Shown piece by piece: positions 1-10,913 of a stretch of DNA of 36,026 bases. The notes beneath the pieces are model-generated. The model saw only the letters and a program-made list of their open reading frames with translations. It was not told the origin of the DNA and did no database searches. Position 1 is the first letter of the stretch. Each line of letters begins with the position of its first letter. Source of the stretch: a virus (taxonomy: Duplodnaviria; Caudoviricetes); IMG/VR virus record IMGVR_UViG_3300023107_000008, positions 1-36,026 of that record; one strand, given 5' to 3'. Both the position numbers and the translations under genes were made by a program.

Positions 1-461
1 GGCGTAACAGCTGAAACACCTAATGTACCATTAACTGTTTGAATAAGTGGGACGAACTGAGTAGATGGCTCAATGATTACGTTGGCCGTTCCTGAAGTGT
101 ATGCTGTTGCACGAACCCTAACCTGCTGCACACCAAGTAACGGAGATACATTAAATGCGATTGTCGCATTGGTAGTAATGACACCAGTCGCAATTACTAC
201 CGCAGGGTTAGCTGTAGAAAGCTGTTGAGCTGCTTGTATAACCCAGTTTACACCATCGTATACTTCAAATACAGCGTTGACACCTGCGTGTGTACCATAG
301 AAAGTAACGGTTGCAGAGCCGATACCTTGAAGGTCTGTTGCTACAATGGTGCTACCAATAGCAGTAATCGTACCTGTTGTCATTGCTTGAGGTGCTGCAT
401 TAATTACTGGCACTACATCGGTGCTATTTATTGTTCTTACGGGTATTCTTTGGTAAGCCAT
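1..461 (-). CDS. Beta-strand-rich putative virion/decoration protein, 3' end truncated by window (not in ORF track)
   Basis: ATG at 461 overlaps upstream stop (TAATG); open to window edge: MAYQRIPVRT...VFEVYDGVNW...QVRVRATAYTSGTANV. Confidence 0.7.
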   Translation of the reverse strand, partial: MAYQRIPVRTINSTDVVPVINAAPQAMTTGTITAIGSTIVATDLQGIGSATVTFYGTHAGVNAVFEVYDGVNWVIQAAQQLSTANPAVVIATGVITTNATIAFNVSPLLGVQQVRVRATAYTSGTANVIIEPSTQFVPLIQTVNGTLGVSAVT

Positions 462-1510
462 TATATTACGTTCCATTCATTAGTATTGTTACTTATTAAA
501 TCTACAGAATCACTAGGGTCAATAGTAATACTAGATGTACCCTCTATAGTGTCTGATACTCCACTTGTAATGGTAACACTAGCCGAGTGCTTATTCTTTA
601 TTGTGTATCGGTTACTGTTCCCTGATGCTGCTGGCATAGTTCCATTGTGAGATCCTGATACAAGATAAACATAGTCAGTCATAGCTGTTGAACCAACAGT
701 ATAGTTATCAATTGTGTTTACAACTAATCTATTAATGGCAGAACTGGCAGATGCACTAACAATTGGATTTTTAGGATCGGTATTATCAACAGTTATGTTA
801 GTTCCTGCAACAATACTATTTACGCCATTTGAACTGCTCGAACCGCTACCGCCGCCTCTGCTGACACCATCTCTACCCTTTTGAGCCATGAGATTCCAGT
901 AAGATACATCTGTTGGATTCCTGTTAGCGTTGTCATTAATAGCAATGTATGAGCTTCCATCAAACTCAACCACATCATCTTTCTTGTATGACTTTCCAGC
1001 TAAATAAATACCCTGCCATACAAATGACCGTCCATTACTTCCATTATCCCCAGCTTTTCCACGGATTGAATCACCTTTTTCACCCTTTTGGGCTTTTGGT
1101 AACACTATATCAAGTATAGCTGTCTGTTCAGTACCCACGTTCTTTATCTCAGGTTTATCACCAACAGATACCTTACCTATAGCTATTGTTGCATTAAGGC
1201 CATCTTTACCATCGAAATAGTCTTTGTCTTTAACAGGAGAGTAGCCATCTTTAGGAATAAAGTCTTTAAGAGTGAATGAATCTTCTGTCTCATCTGACTT
1301 CGTGAAGGTGAATATAGCATCAGAGCCTTCTACTTTACCAGCCACCTTAACGATACTGATACCGTTATCACCATCTTGGCCTCTATGCTGTTGAAGACCC
1401 TTTAGGATCTTCTTCATAGTATCAGAATCACCAAGTGTACCCTTGATGTCATCTCGTAGCCCCTTCATCTCATGAAGGAACTCTTCTTGGTATAGCCTGT
1501 CTTTATCCAT
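461..1510 (-). CDS. Collagen-like repeat protein with putative carbohydrate-binding module; head-associated fibre/decoration
   Basis: G-X-Y triplets (GEKGDS, GKAGDNGSNG), WQGIY...YKKDDVVEFDGSSYIA...W motif, located after portal. Confidence 0.6.
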   Translation of the reverse strand: MDKDRLYQEEFLHEMKGLRDDIKGTLGDSDTMKKILKGLQQHRGQDGDNGISIVKVAGKVEGSDAIFTFTKSDETEDSFTLKDFIPKDGYSPVKDKDYFDGKDGLNATIAIGKVSVGDKPEIKNVGTEQTAILDIVLPKAQKGEKGDSIRGKAGDNGSNGRSFVWQGIYLAGKSYKKDDVVEFDGSSYIAINDNANRNPTDVSYWNLMAQKGRDGVSRGGGSGSSSSNGVNSIVAGTNITVDNTDPKNPIVSASASSAINRLVVNTIDNYTVGSTAMTDYVYLVSGSHNGTMPAASGNSNRYTIKNKHSASVTITSGVSDTIEGTSSITIDPSDSVDLISNNTNEWNVI

Positions 1511-3522
1511 TAGTTAGCCTCGTCAATTACAGGGACTAAACCACATCGGCAATCTGGGTGCGTAGGAGGATGCTGGACACTTTCATAGTTATTAACCTGA
1601 GTTCCACCATCAACACCTTCTAATTCGTCACCCTTACCAACAAACGTACCTCCAAGACGAATAACAGTACCATCTAAGGCTTTGCAGAACTGACAAGCAC
1701 CAGGGTTAGTAATCCATTCTTTCTTTGAGACAACGCCACTTTGCTTATAGGCTGCTTCAGTTATCTCATTGCTTGTTTTGATGATCTCAGTACGAGCAAT
1801 ACGTTCAATACGATAGCCAGCAGTCTTAACTCCAAGAGCTTCATCATAGATAGCGTCTATACGGTCTGCTATTTTAGCTAAGCTCTCGCCTGCTTCAAGA
1901 CCTTCCTGTAAGGCTTTAGCAATAGCTGCCTCAGTGTCTTTAGTGAATCCAAGAGCTGCTTTTTGAATAGAGTCATGGATATACTTCTCCATTACCTTAG
2001 TAAATTCAAAGGTGCTGTCTTTATTTCCAGCAAACTGAGCAGCCAATGTTCCTTGTTCTTTAGCAAGACTAATAAAGATGTTGATAGTAGCATCAGTCAT
2101 CTTCGTTGCTTCGGCCTCTGGATCTATCTTGGCATTAGCTACTTTCTTTGGGGCAATCTGAGCAATAACCCGTGCCTTCTGATCTTTGATAACAGGCTGA
2201 ACTGCTTTGAGATATGATTGTTCGTACTTCTCTTGTACATTCTGCATCTGTGATCTGAAAGATTCTTTCATTTCATATGTAAAATTACCTTTAGTAGACT
2301 TAGATACTAATTTAATCTTTATCTTCGACTTTGCGTTATCAACAACTGGAGTCTGGGTATTTGGTTGGATCAGTACATCACCACCAGTAATAGAGTTCTC
2401 ACCGTAAGCTTCACGAGCCTCATTAGGAGTAAACCATTTGCCAACCCCTACTTCGTACTCTTTAAGTTTAAGCTCTCGGTCTTCTGGTACTGGGTTAGTA
2501 TGACCGATCCTAAAGCCTTCACCATAGGCTTTAACGACTGTCTTAGTAAGCTTACGAGCAATAGCCTTAATCTCTGGGCTTGTGTAGCTCTGAGCGAACA
2601 GCTGTTGTGCTGTAACAGCTGAAGCACGGTTAATATCATCAAAGATATTCATAATAGGCTTAGATACACCTAGCATTACCATAATGTCATCACGAGAGGT
2701 CTCTTTCATAACTGAAAAGTCTACATCACCAAGAGAGAGACCAGTCTTAACAAAGTCTAAGTCTGAACCACGAACAAAGCCTGTCTTTCCACTATTATCA
2801 ATACCTGAGTAGCGTTCTGTCCATTGATCCTTGAATAATTGCCAGTCAGCATCATTAACATCGCTCTTAGCCACAACAACACCTGCTGGAATAGCATTGT
2901 TCTCGAGGAAGTTATTAACATAGGTGTTAATGTATCGAGATGACTTAACAAAGATACCTGCTGCTTGCAGTGGTGATTTACCACGATACGTATTTGCAGG
3001 GTTATAGTATTTGAAGTGTTTAATCTCGTCTAGCTCAAATAAGACACGACCTCCATCTTTCTGATAGACATAGCCTGTAACTCGCTCATTAGCTACCATG
3101 ATTGTCATAGATGCAGGATCCAGTAGATAGATAGCAAAAGGCTTACCCATTCGTTCACCTTTAGAGATGTACCAGAATACTTCACCATAGATTTCTTTAA
3201 TGACTGCATGAGCCTCAAGAAGTTCAGATTGATCTAATCCACCATCTTCACCGTCTAATACGTTATTGAAGTCTTGATTAACGTCCTCTTGCCACTTATC
3301 CCCAACCTTACGTTCAACAAAGATACGCTGATCTGAAAGATAGCTTGCCTTGGTTGCAATGGCCTTCCATACAAAGCCTGTGTACTCAGCAAGGGGGTTG
3401 ATTGTCTCATCACCATTGCCTGTTAGTGTGGATACGGCTGTAGAACTAAGACTATGGCCTAACTGGTAGTTAGCACCTGTCTCATAGTTAGCTTTGTTAA
3501 CTGCTTTTCTTAAGATTCCCAT
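1510..3522 (-). CDS. Portal protein fused to MuF/SPP1 gp7-like minor head domain
   Basis: N-term HK97-like portal motifs (YRGKSPL, FLENNAIPAGV, FTPNEARE); C-term RIARTEI, KEW...CQFC..LDG, PPTHPDCRC. Confidence 0.9.
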   Translation of the reverse strand: MGILRKAVNKANYETGANYQLGHSLSSTAVSTLTGNGDETINPLAEYTGFVWKAIATKASYLSDQRIFVERKVGDKWQEDVNQDFNNVLDGEDGGLDQSELLEAHAVIKEIYGEVFWYISKGERMGKPFAIYLLDPASMTIMVANERVTGYVYQKDGGRVLFELDEIKHFKYYNPANTYRGKSPLQAAGIFVKSSRYINTYVNNFLENNAIPAGVVVAKSDVNDADWQLFKDQWTERYSGIDNSGKTGFVRGSDLDFVKTGLSLGDVDFSVMKETSRDDIMVMLGVSKPIMNIFDDINRASAVTAQQLFAQSYTSPEIKAIARKLTKTVVKAYGEGFRIGHTNPVPEDRELKLKEYEVGVGKWFTPNEAREAYGENSITGGDVLIQPNTQTPVVDNAKSKIKIKLVSKSTKGNFTYEMKESFRSQMQNVQEKYEQSYLKAVQPVIKDQKARVIAQIAPKKVANAKIDPEAEATKMTDATINIFISLAKEQGTLAAQFAGNKDSTFEFTKVMEKYIHDSIQKAALGFTKDTEAAIAKALQEGLEAGESLAKIADRIDAIYDEALGVKTAGYRIERIARTEIIKTSNEITEAAYKQSGVVSKKEWITNPGACQFCKALDGTVIRLGGTFVGKGDELEGVDGGTQVNNYESVQHPPTHPDCRCGLVPVIDEAN

Positions 3523-3725
3523 TAGTTTTTAGTACCTTCAGAGCGTAAAGCAAATACACCAATAGCTATTTGAGTGACAACGAATACTGACAATGCGGCT
3601 CTCCAATCTAAATATACTAGCGCCACGAGGGGTAAACCGAAAGATATGAGGCAGTAAGTGTATACCTCAGTGAAGTTGCTCCGTAGTGTGCCAGCTTGGG
3701 CTTTGATTGACGTGAGTATATTCAT
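3522..3725 (-). CDS. Small two-TM membrane protein
   Basis: Two hydrophobic stretches; AGGA RBS; stop overlaps portal start. Confidence 0.7.
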   Translation of the reverse strand: MNILTSIKAQAGTLRSNFTEVYTYCLISFGLPLVALVYLDWRAALSVFVVTQIAIGVFALRSEGTKN

Positions 3726-3751
3726 AAGTCCTAGTTATTTATCTTGTTGTT

Positions 3752-3760
3752 AGGGTAACA
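3752..3760 (-). promoter_or_regulatory. Late-type extended -10 motif TGTTACCCT
   Basis: Copy of repeated motif in terL-portal intergenic gap. Confidence 0.75.
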
Positions 3761-3762
3761 CA

Positions 3763-5166
3763 TCAAGAGAAACTCAACTCTACTTTAATAGCATTTGCTG
3801 ACCTCTCATATATTGTAGCCAACACATCAACACCATCATCATGATCATTCTTGCCGCCAGCTATATAACCTAATACCTCTTTAGCAAACTCTGGGTATTT
3901 ACTCATCCAGTTAGGCGGCATAAATAAGTTCTTACCAATCCATGCACTAGAAGATAGGATACGGGCTTCTTTGTTTGCTGTCTGAGGTGTCCACTTAACG
4001 ACAGTCTTAAAGTTATCTATCTTGTGCATCTCTCGTTCTACGTTTCTTGCATAACCCTTACCACCGTTATTAGATTCAAACTCAGCTTCAGTAACATTAC
4101 CAGCTGTAATCATCTTGGCTACCTTCGGCTCGGTGATCTCTGCTTTGTCTGGTGAATAATAGATGTCTGTAATATACACTTTTACTTCATCTTCGGTCTT
4201 CACCTTGACCCAGTTAATAGAACAAAGGTTATCTTTACCTTGGTCTGCAACGTCAGTATTATTGTAGATTATTGGGGTATCTGGTAGTTTTGTCCACTCT
4301 TCAAAGCCCTCATATAAACGTCCTGTGACATCTACAGGCTGTTGATAGTAGTTAGCCTTGAGAACTCGTGGGTCTAATGTCTTCTTAACTTCATTGAACT
4401 TCTCACGACTCATAATAGAAGGTTCTAGCATGTTACCTTCATCATCTTCGATCTTATAGTTAATCATCATGACATCTTCGCCGTAGAGTTTAATAATCTC
4501 ACCTGCTAGATCATTGGTAGCCCATCGCTGCATAATAATTACGAACTTATAGTTATCCCCGTCAGTACGAGAGAAGAGGGTGTTCTTAAAGAAGTCAAAG
4601 TGCTTTCTTAATTCCTCTGCATTCAAGGATTGTAGGTAGTTACGGATAATGTCATCAATCAGGAACCAATCTGAACGGCTACCTGTTACCGATGAGCCAG
4701 GAGTGATTGAACGATATGAAGGCTCTGAGCTTCCTTCTAGCTCCCACTTACTCTTGGTAGCAAAGCCGTATTTAATCTTAGTGTGCGGAAAGATTTCTGG
4801 GTATGAGATACCTCCTTTGCCTACGTTAACTCCAAGTATAGTGTCTCGTATCTGTGTAGAGAACATTGAGGCAAGATCACCTGAGTTAGCGACACCCATG
4901 ATACGAGTAGTTGGGTCTAATCCCATGAGCCACATAGCAAAGTTCTTACCAGTGAAAGACTTATAGTGACCTGGTGGGACTGACATGACTAGGTAGTGTT
5001 TACTGTCATCTTCCTTAAAGTCTTGGATAGTATCAGCCATTTCTTTAAGTAGCTTACGATCATCAGTGAATAGCTCTGGATATAGCAGCTGTTCAAAGTC
5101 CCAGAAGTTACGACGAGCTAGTTCTTTCTTAGCCTCTTGTCGTACATATTCAGGTATTTCAGTCAT
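3763..5166 (-). CDS. terL: Terminase large subunit
   Basis: Walker A-like VPPGHYKS, Walker B FLIDD, IIMQRW, C-terminal nuclease HDDGVD. Confidence 0.95.
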   Translation of the reverse strand: MTEIPEYVRQEAKKELARRNFWDFEQLLYPELFTDDRKLLKEMADTIQDFKEDDSKHYLVMSVPPGHYKSFTGKNFAMWLMGLDPTTRIMGVANSGDLASMFSTQIRDTILGVNVGKGGISYPEIFPHTKIKYGFATKSKWELEGSSEPSYRSITPGSSVTGSRSDWFLIDDIIRNYLQSLNAEELRKHFDFFKNTLFSRTDGDNYKFVIIMQRWATNDLAGEIIKLYGEDVMMINYKIEDDEGNMLEPSIMSREKFNEVKKTLDPRVLKANYYQQPVDVTGRLYEGFEEWTKLPDTPIIYNNTDVADQGKDNLCSINWVKVKTEDEVKVYITDIYYSPDKAEITEPKVAKMITAGNVTEAEFESNNGGKGYARNVEREMHKIDNFKTVVKWTPQTANKEARILSSSAWIGKNLFMPPNWMSKYPEFAKEVLGYIAGGKNDHDDGVDVLATIYERSANAIKVELSFS

Positions 5167-5267
5167 TTATACCATTCATGATAATAATTTTATCCAAGTT
5201 TTTATAAAAGTCCGTAAATGGGAGCACTTTACCCATCTTAGTTGGCGTGTAATATATCACCATGTGT

Positions 5268-5675
5268 TTACTTACCTGCTAATTTACGTAATTCTTCAGG
5301 TGTTAGCTTTGCATAAGGATTGATACTCTCTCCCTGTGTAGTTACATCCACGCTCTCTTTAGGCTTACCATAGACTTGGTTAATCATACTATCTAGTTCT
5401 TTCCATTGTCCATTTTGCACTGCCACAGCCATGTTCTTGTCGAAACGAGGGGTAGTAAGATCATCAATAAGTTCTTGTAGCTCTGTATCTGACATCTTTA
5501 TGATTAACTCTAGTTTATATCTAGCAGTCTCTTCTTTCTTCCATGCTCCGTTATGTCTATGCTCTGGGTGAGCGTTAAAGCCAGCAGGAGGAATGCCACC
5601 AGTAATACGACCCTTTTCATCTCGGGTCTGTCCCGATTGCTCTGTATTGGTTTTATTACTGATACTGTCTGCCAT
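5268..5675 (-). CDS. terS: Terminase small subunit
   Basis: Directly upstream of terL; RDEKGR, YGKPKESVDVT, LTPEELRKL motifs. Confidence 0.75.
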   Translation of the reverse strand: MADSISNKTNTEQSGQTRDEKGRITGGIPPAGFNAHPEHRHNGAWKKEETARYKLELIIKMSDTELQELIDDLTTPRFDKNMAVAVQNGQWKELDSMINQVYGKPKESVDVTTQGESINPYAKLTPEELRKLAGK

Positions 5676-5729
5676 CTTGGGCTATCCTTCTATTTATTTA
5701 AATTCCTACTGGGGCTGAGTCGTTGGTTG

Positions 5730-5933
5730 TCATACACTCTCCAAATAATCTCTGATTGATTTCTCTACGTCCTCTTTAGTCTCTGTGCTGTCGATGAGCA
5801 TTGAGATGGTCTTGAGGTTCTTGTCGCAGCTGTATGTAACGTGTATACCATCCTGTCTACGTCCGAGGCCAACAATGTAGTATTCATTGTCACCAACTGT
5901 GAATGATGAAGGATGGGTATACGTTGCTTCCAT
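5730..5933 (-). CDS. Hypothetical protein
   Basis: Start overlaps upstream stop. Confidence 0.6.
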   Translation of the reverse strand: MEATYTHPSSFTVGDNEYYIVGLGRRQDGIHVTYSCDKNLKTISMLIDSTETKEDVEKSIRDYLESV

Positions 5934-6193
5934 TATTTCTTTCGTGTGCTTACGTCTGCTGTTGTGAGGACTGCTGAGTCTTCTTTTTCCTCTTCTACTT
6001 TAACATCTGTAGTCTTTACAGCTTTTTTGTCTGACTTTTGTAGATCAGCTGTTTTCTTCACTGGCTCTTCGTCTACAAGCTCGAATGACTTAACATCGTA
6101 GTTAACTCCTTCTACTTGTACGTATGCTGGTGATCCTACACTGTAGAATACTTTAGCGTTCTTTACTTCTTTACCGTCTTTTTTTACAATCAT
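5933..6193 (-). CDS. Hypothetical protein, probable first gene of late operon
   Basis: AAGGAG RBS; TGATACCCTA motif 28 nt upstream. Confidence 0.65.
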   Translation of the reverse strand: MIVKKDGKEVKNAKVFYSVGSPAYVQVEGVNYDVKSFELVDEEPVKKTADLQKSDKKAVKTTDVKVEEEKEDSAVLTTADVSTRKK

Positions 6194-6501
6194 TTCTTAA
6201 TCTCCTTATTTATATCTTCTAGGGTATCATGTAAATAAGCGATTGGGTCTTCTGCTATTACCATGTCACGTAGATGCATCTGCCAGCTTGAAAATACAGT
6301 TTTATCGACGGTTTGTCCGTTCACTGTTGCAATCGGAATATCTGGCCACAAAGCCTTAGCGAAGTCTTGCTGATATATAATTTTATAGAAATCTAAGTTG
6401 TTAAATGCTCGCGGTATTGCATTCTGCCAATCCTTTGACACTACAAAACCATTATTTTCTGCTATTGTAACTGCCTTAGTTAAAATTTCATATTGATTCA
6501 T
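6190..6501 (-). CDS. Hypothetical phage protein
   Basis: Coupled ORF. Confidence 0.65.
   Translation of the reverse strand: MNQYEILTKAVTIAENNGFVVSKDWQNAIPRAFNNLDFYKIIYQQDFAKALWPDIPIATVNGQTVDKTVFSSWQMHLRDMVIAEDPIAYLHDTLEDINKEIKK
6221..6229 (-). promoter_or_regulatory. Late-type extended -10 motif TGATACCCT
   Basis: Variant of repeated motif just upstream of the gene run leading to terS. Confidence 0.6.
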
Positions 6502-6926
6502 TAGAACAAAAATCCCATCTCACCTTGATTGAAGGTGGTTTTAATACTTTCCTTGCCGTCAATGCGTATAGAAGTGTCTCCCAGAAGCCATTGCTGCCGT
6601 CTGGCTTGCTGTATACGTCCATTGATGAACTTACGCTGGTCTTCTTCTTGCTGTACCATACAGGCTATTGTATTGATCCACTGTTCACGGTTCCTATTGA
6701 GTGTTTCGACTCTCTGAGAAATAGAAAAGACGTTCCCTGTGGCTATCTTGGTGTCTTTCTTGAGTGGAAAGGCCAGATAGATCATGTAGTACGTCTCTTC
6801 ATTGATTTTTGTAGATGTTAGGCATTGAGGGTAGTGAAACAACTTTATTTGCACCTCCGTATTGTCTGGAGTTATCTTGTTGATTCTGGCAATTGCTTGC
6901 GCTATTGATACCCTTTTATTCTTCAT
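6501..6926 (-). CDS. Hypothetical protein
   Basis: Preceded by extended -10-like TGATATTAT. Confidence 0.6.
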   Translation of the reverse strand: MKNKRVSIAQAIARINKITPDNTEVQIKLFHYPQCLTSTKINEETYYMIYLAFPLKKDTKIATGNVFSISQRVETLNRNREQWINTIACMVQQEEDQRKFINGRIQQARRQQWLLGDTSIRIDGKESIKTTFNQGEMGFLF

Positions 6927-7124
6927 TCTGCCCTTTATGATTTAATAATATCACATAAAGCAGATTTTGTACCTAATTTTATTTAAGTTTCTTTTTTAAA
7001 CCAATTTTACAGAGAAAGCGTCTATTAAGTTTAGCCTTTTCTATGATCCCTAGTATCTCTAAAACCTCTTTTTCGTAGGCTTTCTTTGATCTTCAACTAA
7101 TCTTAGTCATCTTCTTATTATACC

Positions 7125-8840
7125 TTATTTGTCGTTTTCAGACATTTTCTTACGTCTGGCTTTACCTTTAGGAGAGTTCCAGTAGTTCTTCATGATCTTG
7201 CTCTGGTTTACTGTCTTTTTGGACTTCTTATGACCTTCTAACTGTGGGTTAGGCTGGTTGGCTATAGCATTCATCTCATCTTCAGTTAAAGCAAACAGCA
7301 TGTCTTCAGTCATTCTCTATTCCATCCAATTCCCTAAGCGCTGCCGCTCCCATCATACGCTTGCAGTAGTCTCCTTCACGTATTGCAGCCATGTATCGTT
7401 CTTGCCAGTATTTTTGGAACTCGTCATGTGTTTGTGGGGCTAGGGTTTCACTCATCTGCTGGCTCTTTCTCTATTAGAGATATGCCGTATTCAACCATTT
7501 CACTATTTTGTATATCCATAGCCTTATCAATTGCTTGGTTTCTTGTACTAAATCCACTCCATCGGGTTTCATGGCCAGTGCTTGCATTACCCATGAGAAC
7601 CTCCCAAGGCTTATTAACAGAGTCTTTGTTGTATCTTACTGCTAGGTAGTTATCTGCACTCATTATTTATTACCCTTTAAGTTCTTGTCTTGCCATTTCT
7701 TCCAGTCACTATCTAAAGCTTCCATCATAGGCTTATTATCTGTACGGGCTGCTTTTATGTACTCAATTGACCATTCTAGGAAGAATACCATATTCTCCAT
7801 AATGAAATCTTTACTAGCGGGTGTTGATTCAGTCATTACTTCTTTTCCTTTCTTTGTGACTGTAGTTCTTGGAGTCTTTGTTCAATCTGGTAAGCTGCGT
7901 CGGCTAATGATATATCTTGCAACTCTGCTATTCTTTCTTCTCTGCCATAGTCTTCGATGAGTTTTTCAAGGTATTCAATGTATTTATTAAAATCTCTTTT
8001 ACTTATACTGAAGCTATCTCCACCATCTAGCTCAGTCTCAGTGTGCATCGTTGCTACTGCATAGAATGGGTCTCTGAGTTTATCTGTGTTACTCATTTTG
8101 ATACCTTCTTTAGTTCAGCGATAGCTTCATCAACTTTCGAGGTTGCAGTACAGCTCATGCACAACCGTTCCCTATCGTCAAAGTTAATAGATTCAAGTGC
8201 TTCTAGTTGCCATTGGTGTTTGTAGGATAGAATGTACTCCAGTAACCTATCTGCTGGCTTCTTCTCATTAACTGGTGAGTACCAATTGTGAGTTATCTCA
8301 ACCAACTCTTTTCGCATTTCTTTTAATTCTTTATCAGACATTATTCTTCTCCTAGTTTCTTACGCATATCTTGCTGCAAACTATATTTAGCATTGTCTTC
8401 TATAAATATGAGACTTTCTTTCATATTGTTCTCTAAGTCGATAGTGACTGTCTCTCCACGAGCAACTTCTTTACCGTCCATGTGGGGCTTGATATTCTCA
8501 CCTATGATATGTGTGCTGATTAGCTGTTTGATAGCCTGCACGGTTGTTTTTGACTGAGATTGGTATCTGAAGTCGGCAAGTATCTTGTTTAACTCTTTAT
8601 CAAAGGTGCTTAGCTCTAATTCATTGGTAGGGGTCATAGCAGCTTACTTTTCTTGGCTAGCTTTTTCACCATGGGTTTTATAAATCTACCCTTAGAGTCT
8701 CTGAATGGGACACTCTTATGTGGTAGTTTGGCGATGTATTCAAGTATCTGAGCTGCGTGAAAGTTGCTAATCTCATAACTGTACATAAATAAGCTATTCT
8801 CATCTCGCTGTTCAAATGTGATTGTTCCTTTTTTACTCAT
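7125..8840 (-). other. Cluster of small coupled hypothetical early ORFs (7125-7313, 7448-7663, unannotated 7663-7836, 7836-8096, 8093-8341, 8341-8637, 8634-8840)
   Basis: Mostly overlapping TAATG/ATGA stop-start junctions on one strand. Confidence 0.7.
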
Positions 8841-9232
8841 AAGTTTTTATCCTCTCTTTCGTTGAGTCTTTTCAGACGGCGGTATTCATCCGCTAACTTT
8901 ACATATGCACCTATAGTCATCTTCTCTGGATGCTTCTCCCAGTTAATGAATGTAAGTCTTGATACACCAGCTACAACTGCCATATCGGCTTGAGTTAGTT
9001 TGAGTTCTTTCCTTATATGTGTGATGTCTGGAATACTATATCCAGTTGCTCTATCTACTTCTGTTTTAACGAGGGCTAAGATAAACTCTTTAGCTTGTAG
9101 CCGCTTGGGTATATTACTGTCTCTCTTTTCGCCAATGTCATCATCAGGAAATCGGGCAGTTAGTTGCATATAGGGAGGATAAGCTTCTAATACAAATTTA
9201 TCTACTGAGTCTTCTAGGGTTTGGTCTTTCAT
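8837..9232 (-). CDS. Protein with C-terminal XRE-type helix-turn-helix
   Basis: IRKELKLTQADMAVVAGVSRLTFINWEK; likely start MKDQ at 9232 (ATGA overlap). Confidence 0.75.
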   Translation of the reverse strand: MKDQTLEDSVDKFVLEAYPPYMQLTARFPDDDIGEKRDSNIPKRLQAKEFILALVKTEVDRATGYSIPDITHIRKELKLTQADMAVVAGVSRLTFINWEKHPEKMTIGAYVKLADEYRRLKRLNEREDKNL

Positions 9233-10134
9233 ACTTCTTCTCCTTCTGGGTAAGTAGTGTATTCGTCCCAAAATGCGTCTTGAAACTCCATATCACCACC
9301 TGAACGTGCTACACCTGCTTTGAATGCTTTTTCTACTTGCTTATCCCGCCATTGGAGTAGGTCTTTCCCATTCTCTATGCCATATCGTTTTAATATCCAG
9401 TCTAATGATATTTCTTCTAGTGTTTTATTAGATTCACTCATCTATTTTTCTCCCATTCTGTACGAACTTTGTTTTCAGCTTCTTTGTTTGCTTTATGGGC
9501 TGAGTAACCACTAGTGTCTGATTGTTGTCTAGGTAATATATTACTGTGGTCTGGTGTTACTTCTATGATTACTTTTCTAGTTATGATGTCCATGATGTGT
9601 TTGCGGTTTAGTTCTCTTTGGGTTTGACGTTCTGGAGTCATTTGAGTTCTCCAGCATCATCTAATGCGATGACGAGTTTTAGGAGAGCTTTTGTAGACGA
9701 GTCGGCGAATAACTCCACCCCAGTCTTTGCATGTTCTACGCCATACCTCGGGTTACTGTTCGGCTGTCCAGTCTGATAGTGCGTGAGTGTTGTGCCTGGC
9801 AGCTTCTCTAGTATGTAGTCGGAGTTGTAGAGAGGACAATCTTTACTTCCAATCAGTTCTTTGCTGTGATTTATCCGATGGAGGTTTTCATGCTCCCACT
9901 CAGTCCGCTTATACACTTCCTTACATAGCTCAAATAGTTCATCACTCATACCTCAACTCCTCTCATCCTTAATTCAAGTGCAACACAGCCTAGTTCATGT
10001 CTTAGATTACTGAGTCTTGAAGGCTCTTTTACAAAGTCTAGGAGGTCGTGGAGTTCTTCTTGACGTTCTCTTAGCTTTTCTGTAGATTGTTCAGTGTGAG
10101 TGTATGGTGTTTCGTATTTAGTTTGAGTGTTCAT
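9229..10134 (-). other. Four small hypothetical early ORFs (9229-9441, 9438-9641, 9638-9949, 9946-10134)
   Basis: 4-nt overlaps, same strand. Confidence 0.7.
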
Positions 10135-10138
10135 TTAG

Positions 10139-10648
10139 CTAACCTATTTTCCTTTCAACAGTTATGATAGTGTCATTATGCCAGCCACCGTGAGGTACTA
10201 ATAGTATCTCTACTATCTCAAAACCATTTGATTTACCTATTCCTCCACTATTCCAGCCACATGTTATAACGTAACTACCTTTTTTAGTTATACGAGAGAT
10301 TTCTTTTTTCATATCTCCCCAGAAACTTGATTGTGTCGTCTGCATATTGACTGACCTGCCAAGCTTTTTATATACTTCGCTTACTTGTCTTGGAGAATAA
10401 GGTGGGTCAAATAGAACAGTATCTATTGTGTTGTCTGCAAACACTTTTAAAAACTCTAAGGCTTCTAGGTGGTATGTAGTATCATATTGTTCATCAATAT
10501 CGTTAGTTATTTTTGCTAGTTTACTGTTATTAGCAAATGGGTCGATACTTTCACCCATATTATATCTGCTGATAATTTCAGCAATTGGCTTGATACTAAA
10601 TGTCTTACTGTTAGGCATAGCCCAAACCCTGTTAATAGTAATACTCAT
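10139..10648 (-). CDS. Putative DNA amino-methyltransferase (orphan)
   Basis: SIDPFA and VLFDPPY motifs. Confidence 0.75.
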   Translation of the reverse strand: MSITINRVWAMPNSKTFSIKPIAEIISRYNMGESIDPFANNSKLAKITNDIDEQYDTTYHLEALEFLKVFADNTIDTVLFDPPYSPRQVSEVYKKLGRSVNMQTTQSSFWGDMKKEISRITKKGSYVITCGWNSGGIGKSNGFEIVEILLVPHGGWHNDTIITVERKIG

Positions 10649-10913
10649 TTCTTAAATTCCTTTAGTTCTCTTTCTACTTGAATGTAACGGATGATAGATC
10701 CTACAGGTATGATTACAACTACTATGAATAGAGTTATGACTATAAGCCAGTCTATGGGTGAGAGGATCATTTCGTTAATAACCTTGTTAAGTAAGCGTGT
10801 ATTCTAAAAAACATTATAATACGCCTCTCTTCTTAGTTTCTTTCTTAATATCTGACCAAGATACATCATATTCTAGGTATATCTTAAATGATTCAAGTGA
10901 GTTTAGTTTAGGT

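Noticed and set aside
6906-6914. Plus-strand TGATACCCT
   Set aside because: Antisense within a gene, lacks the final A, no downstream gene; likely chance
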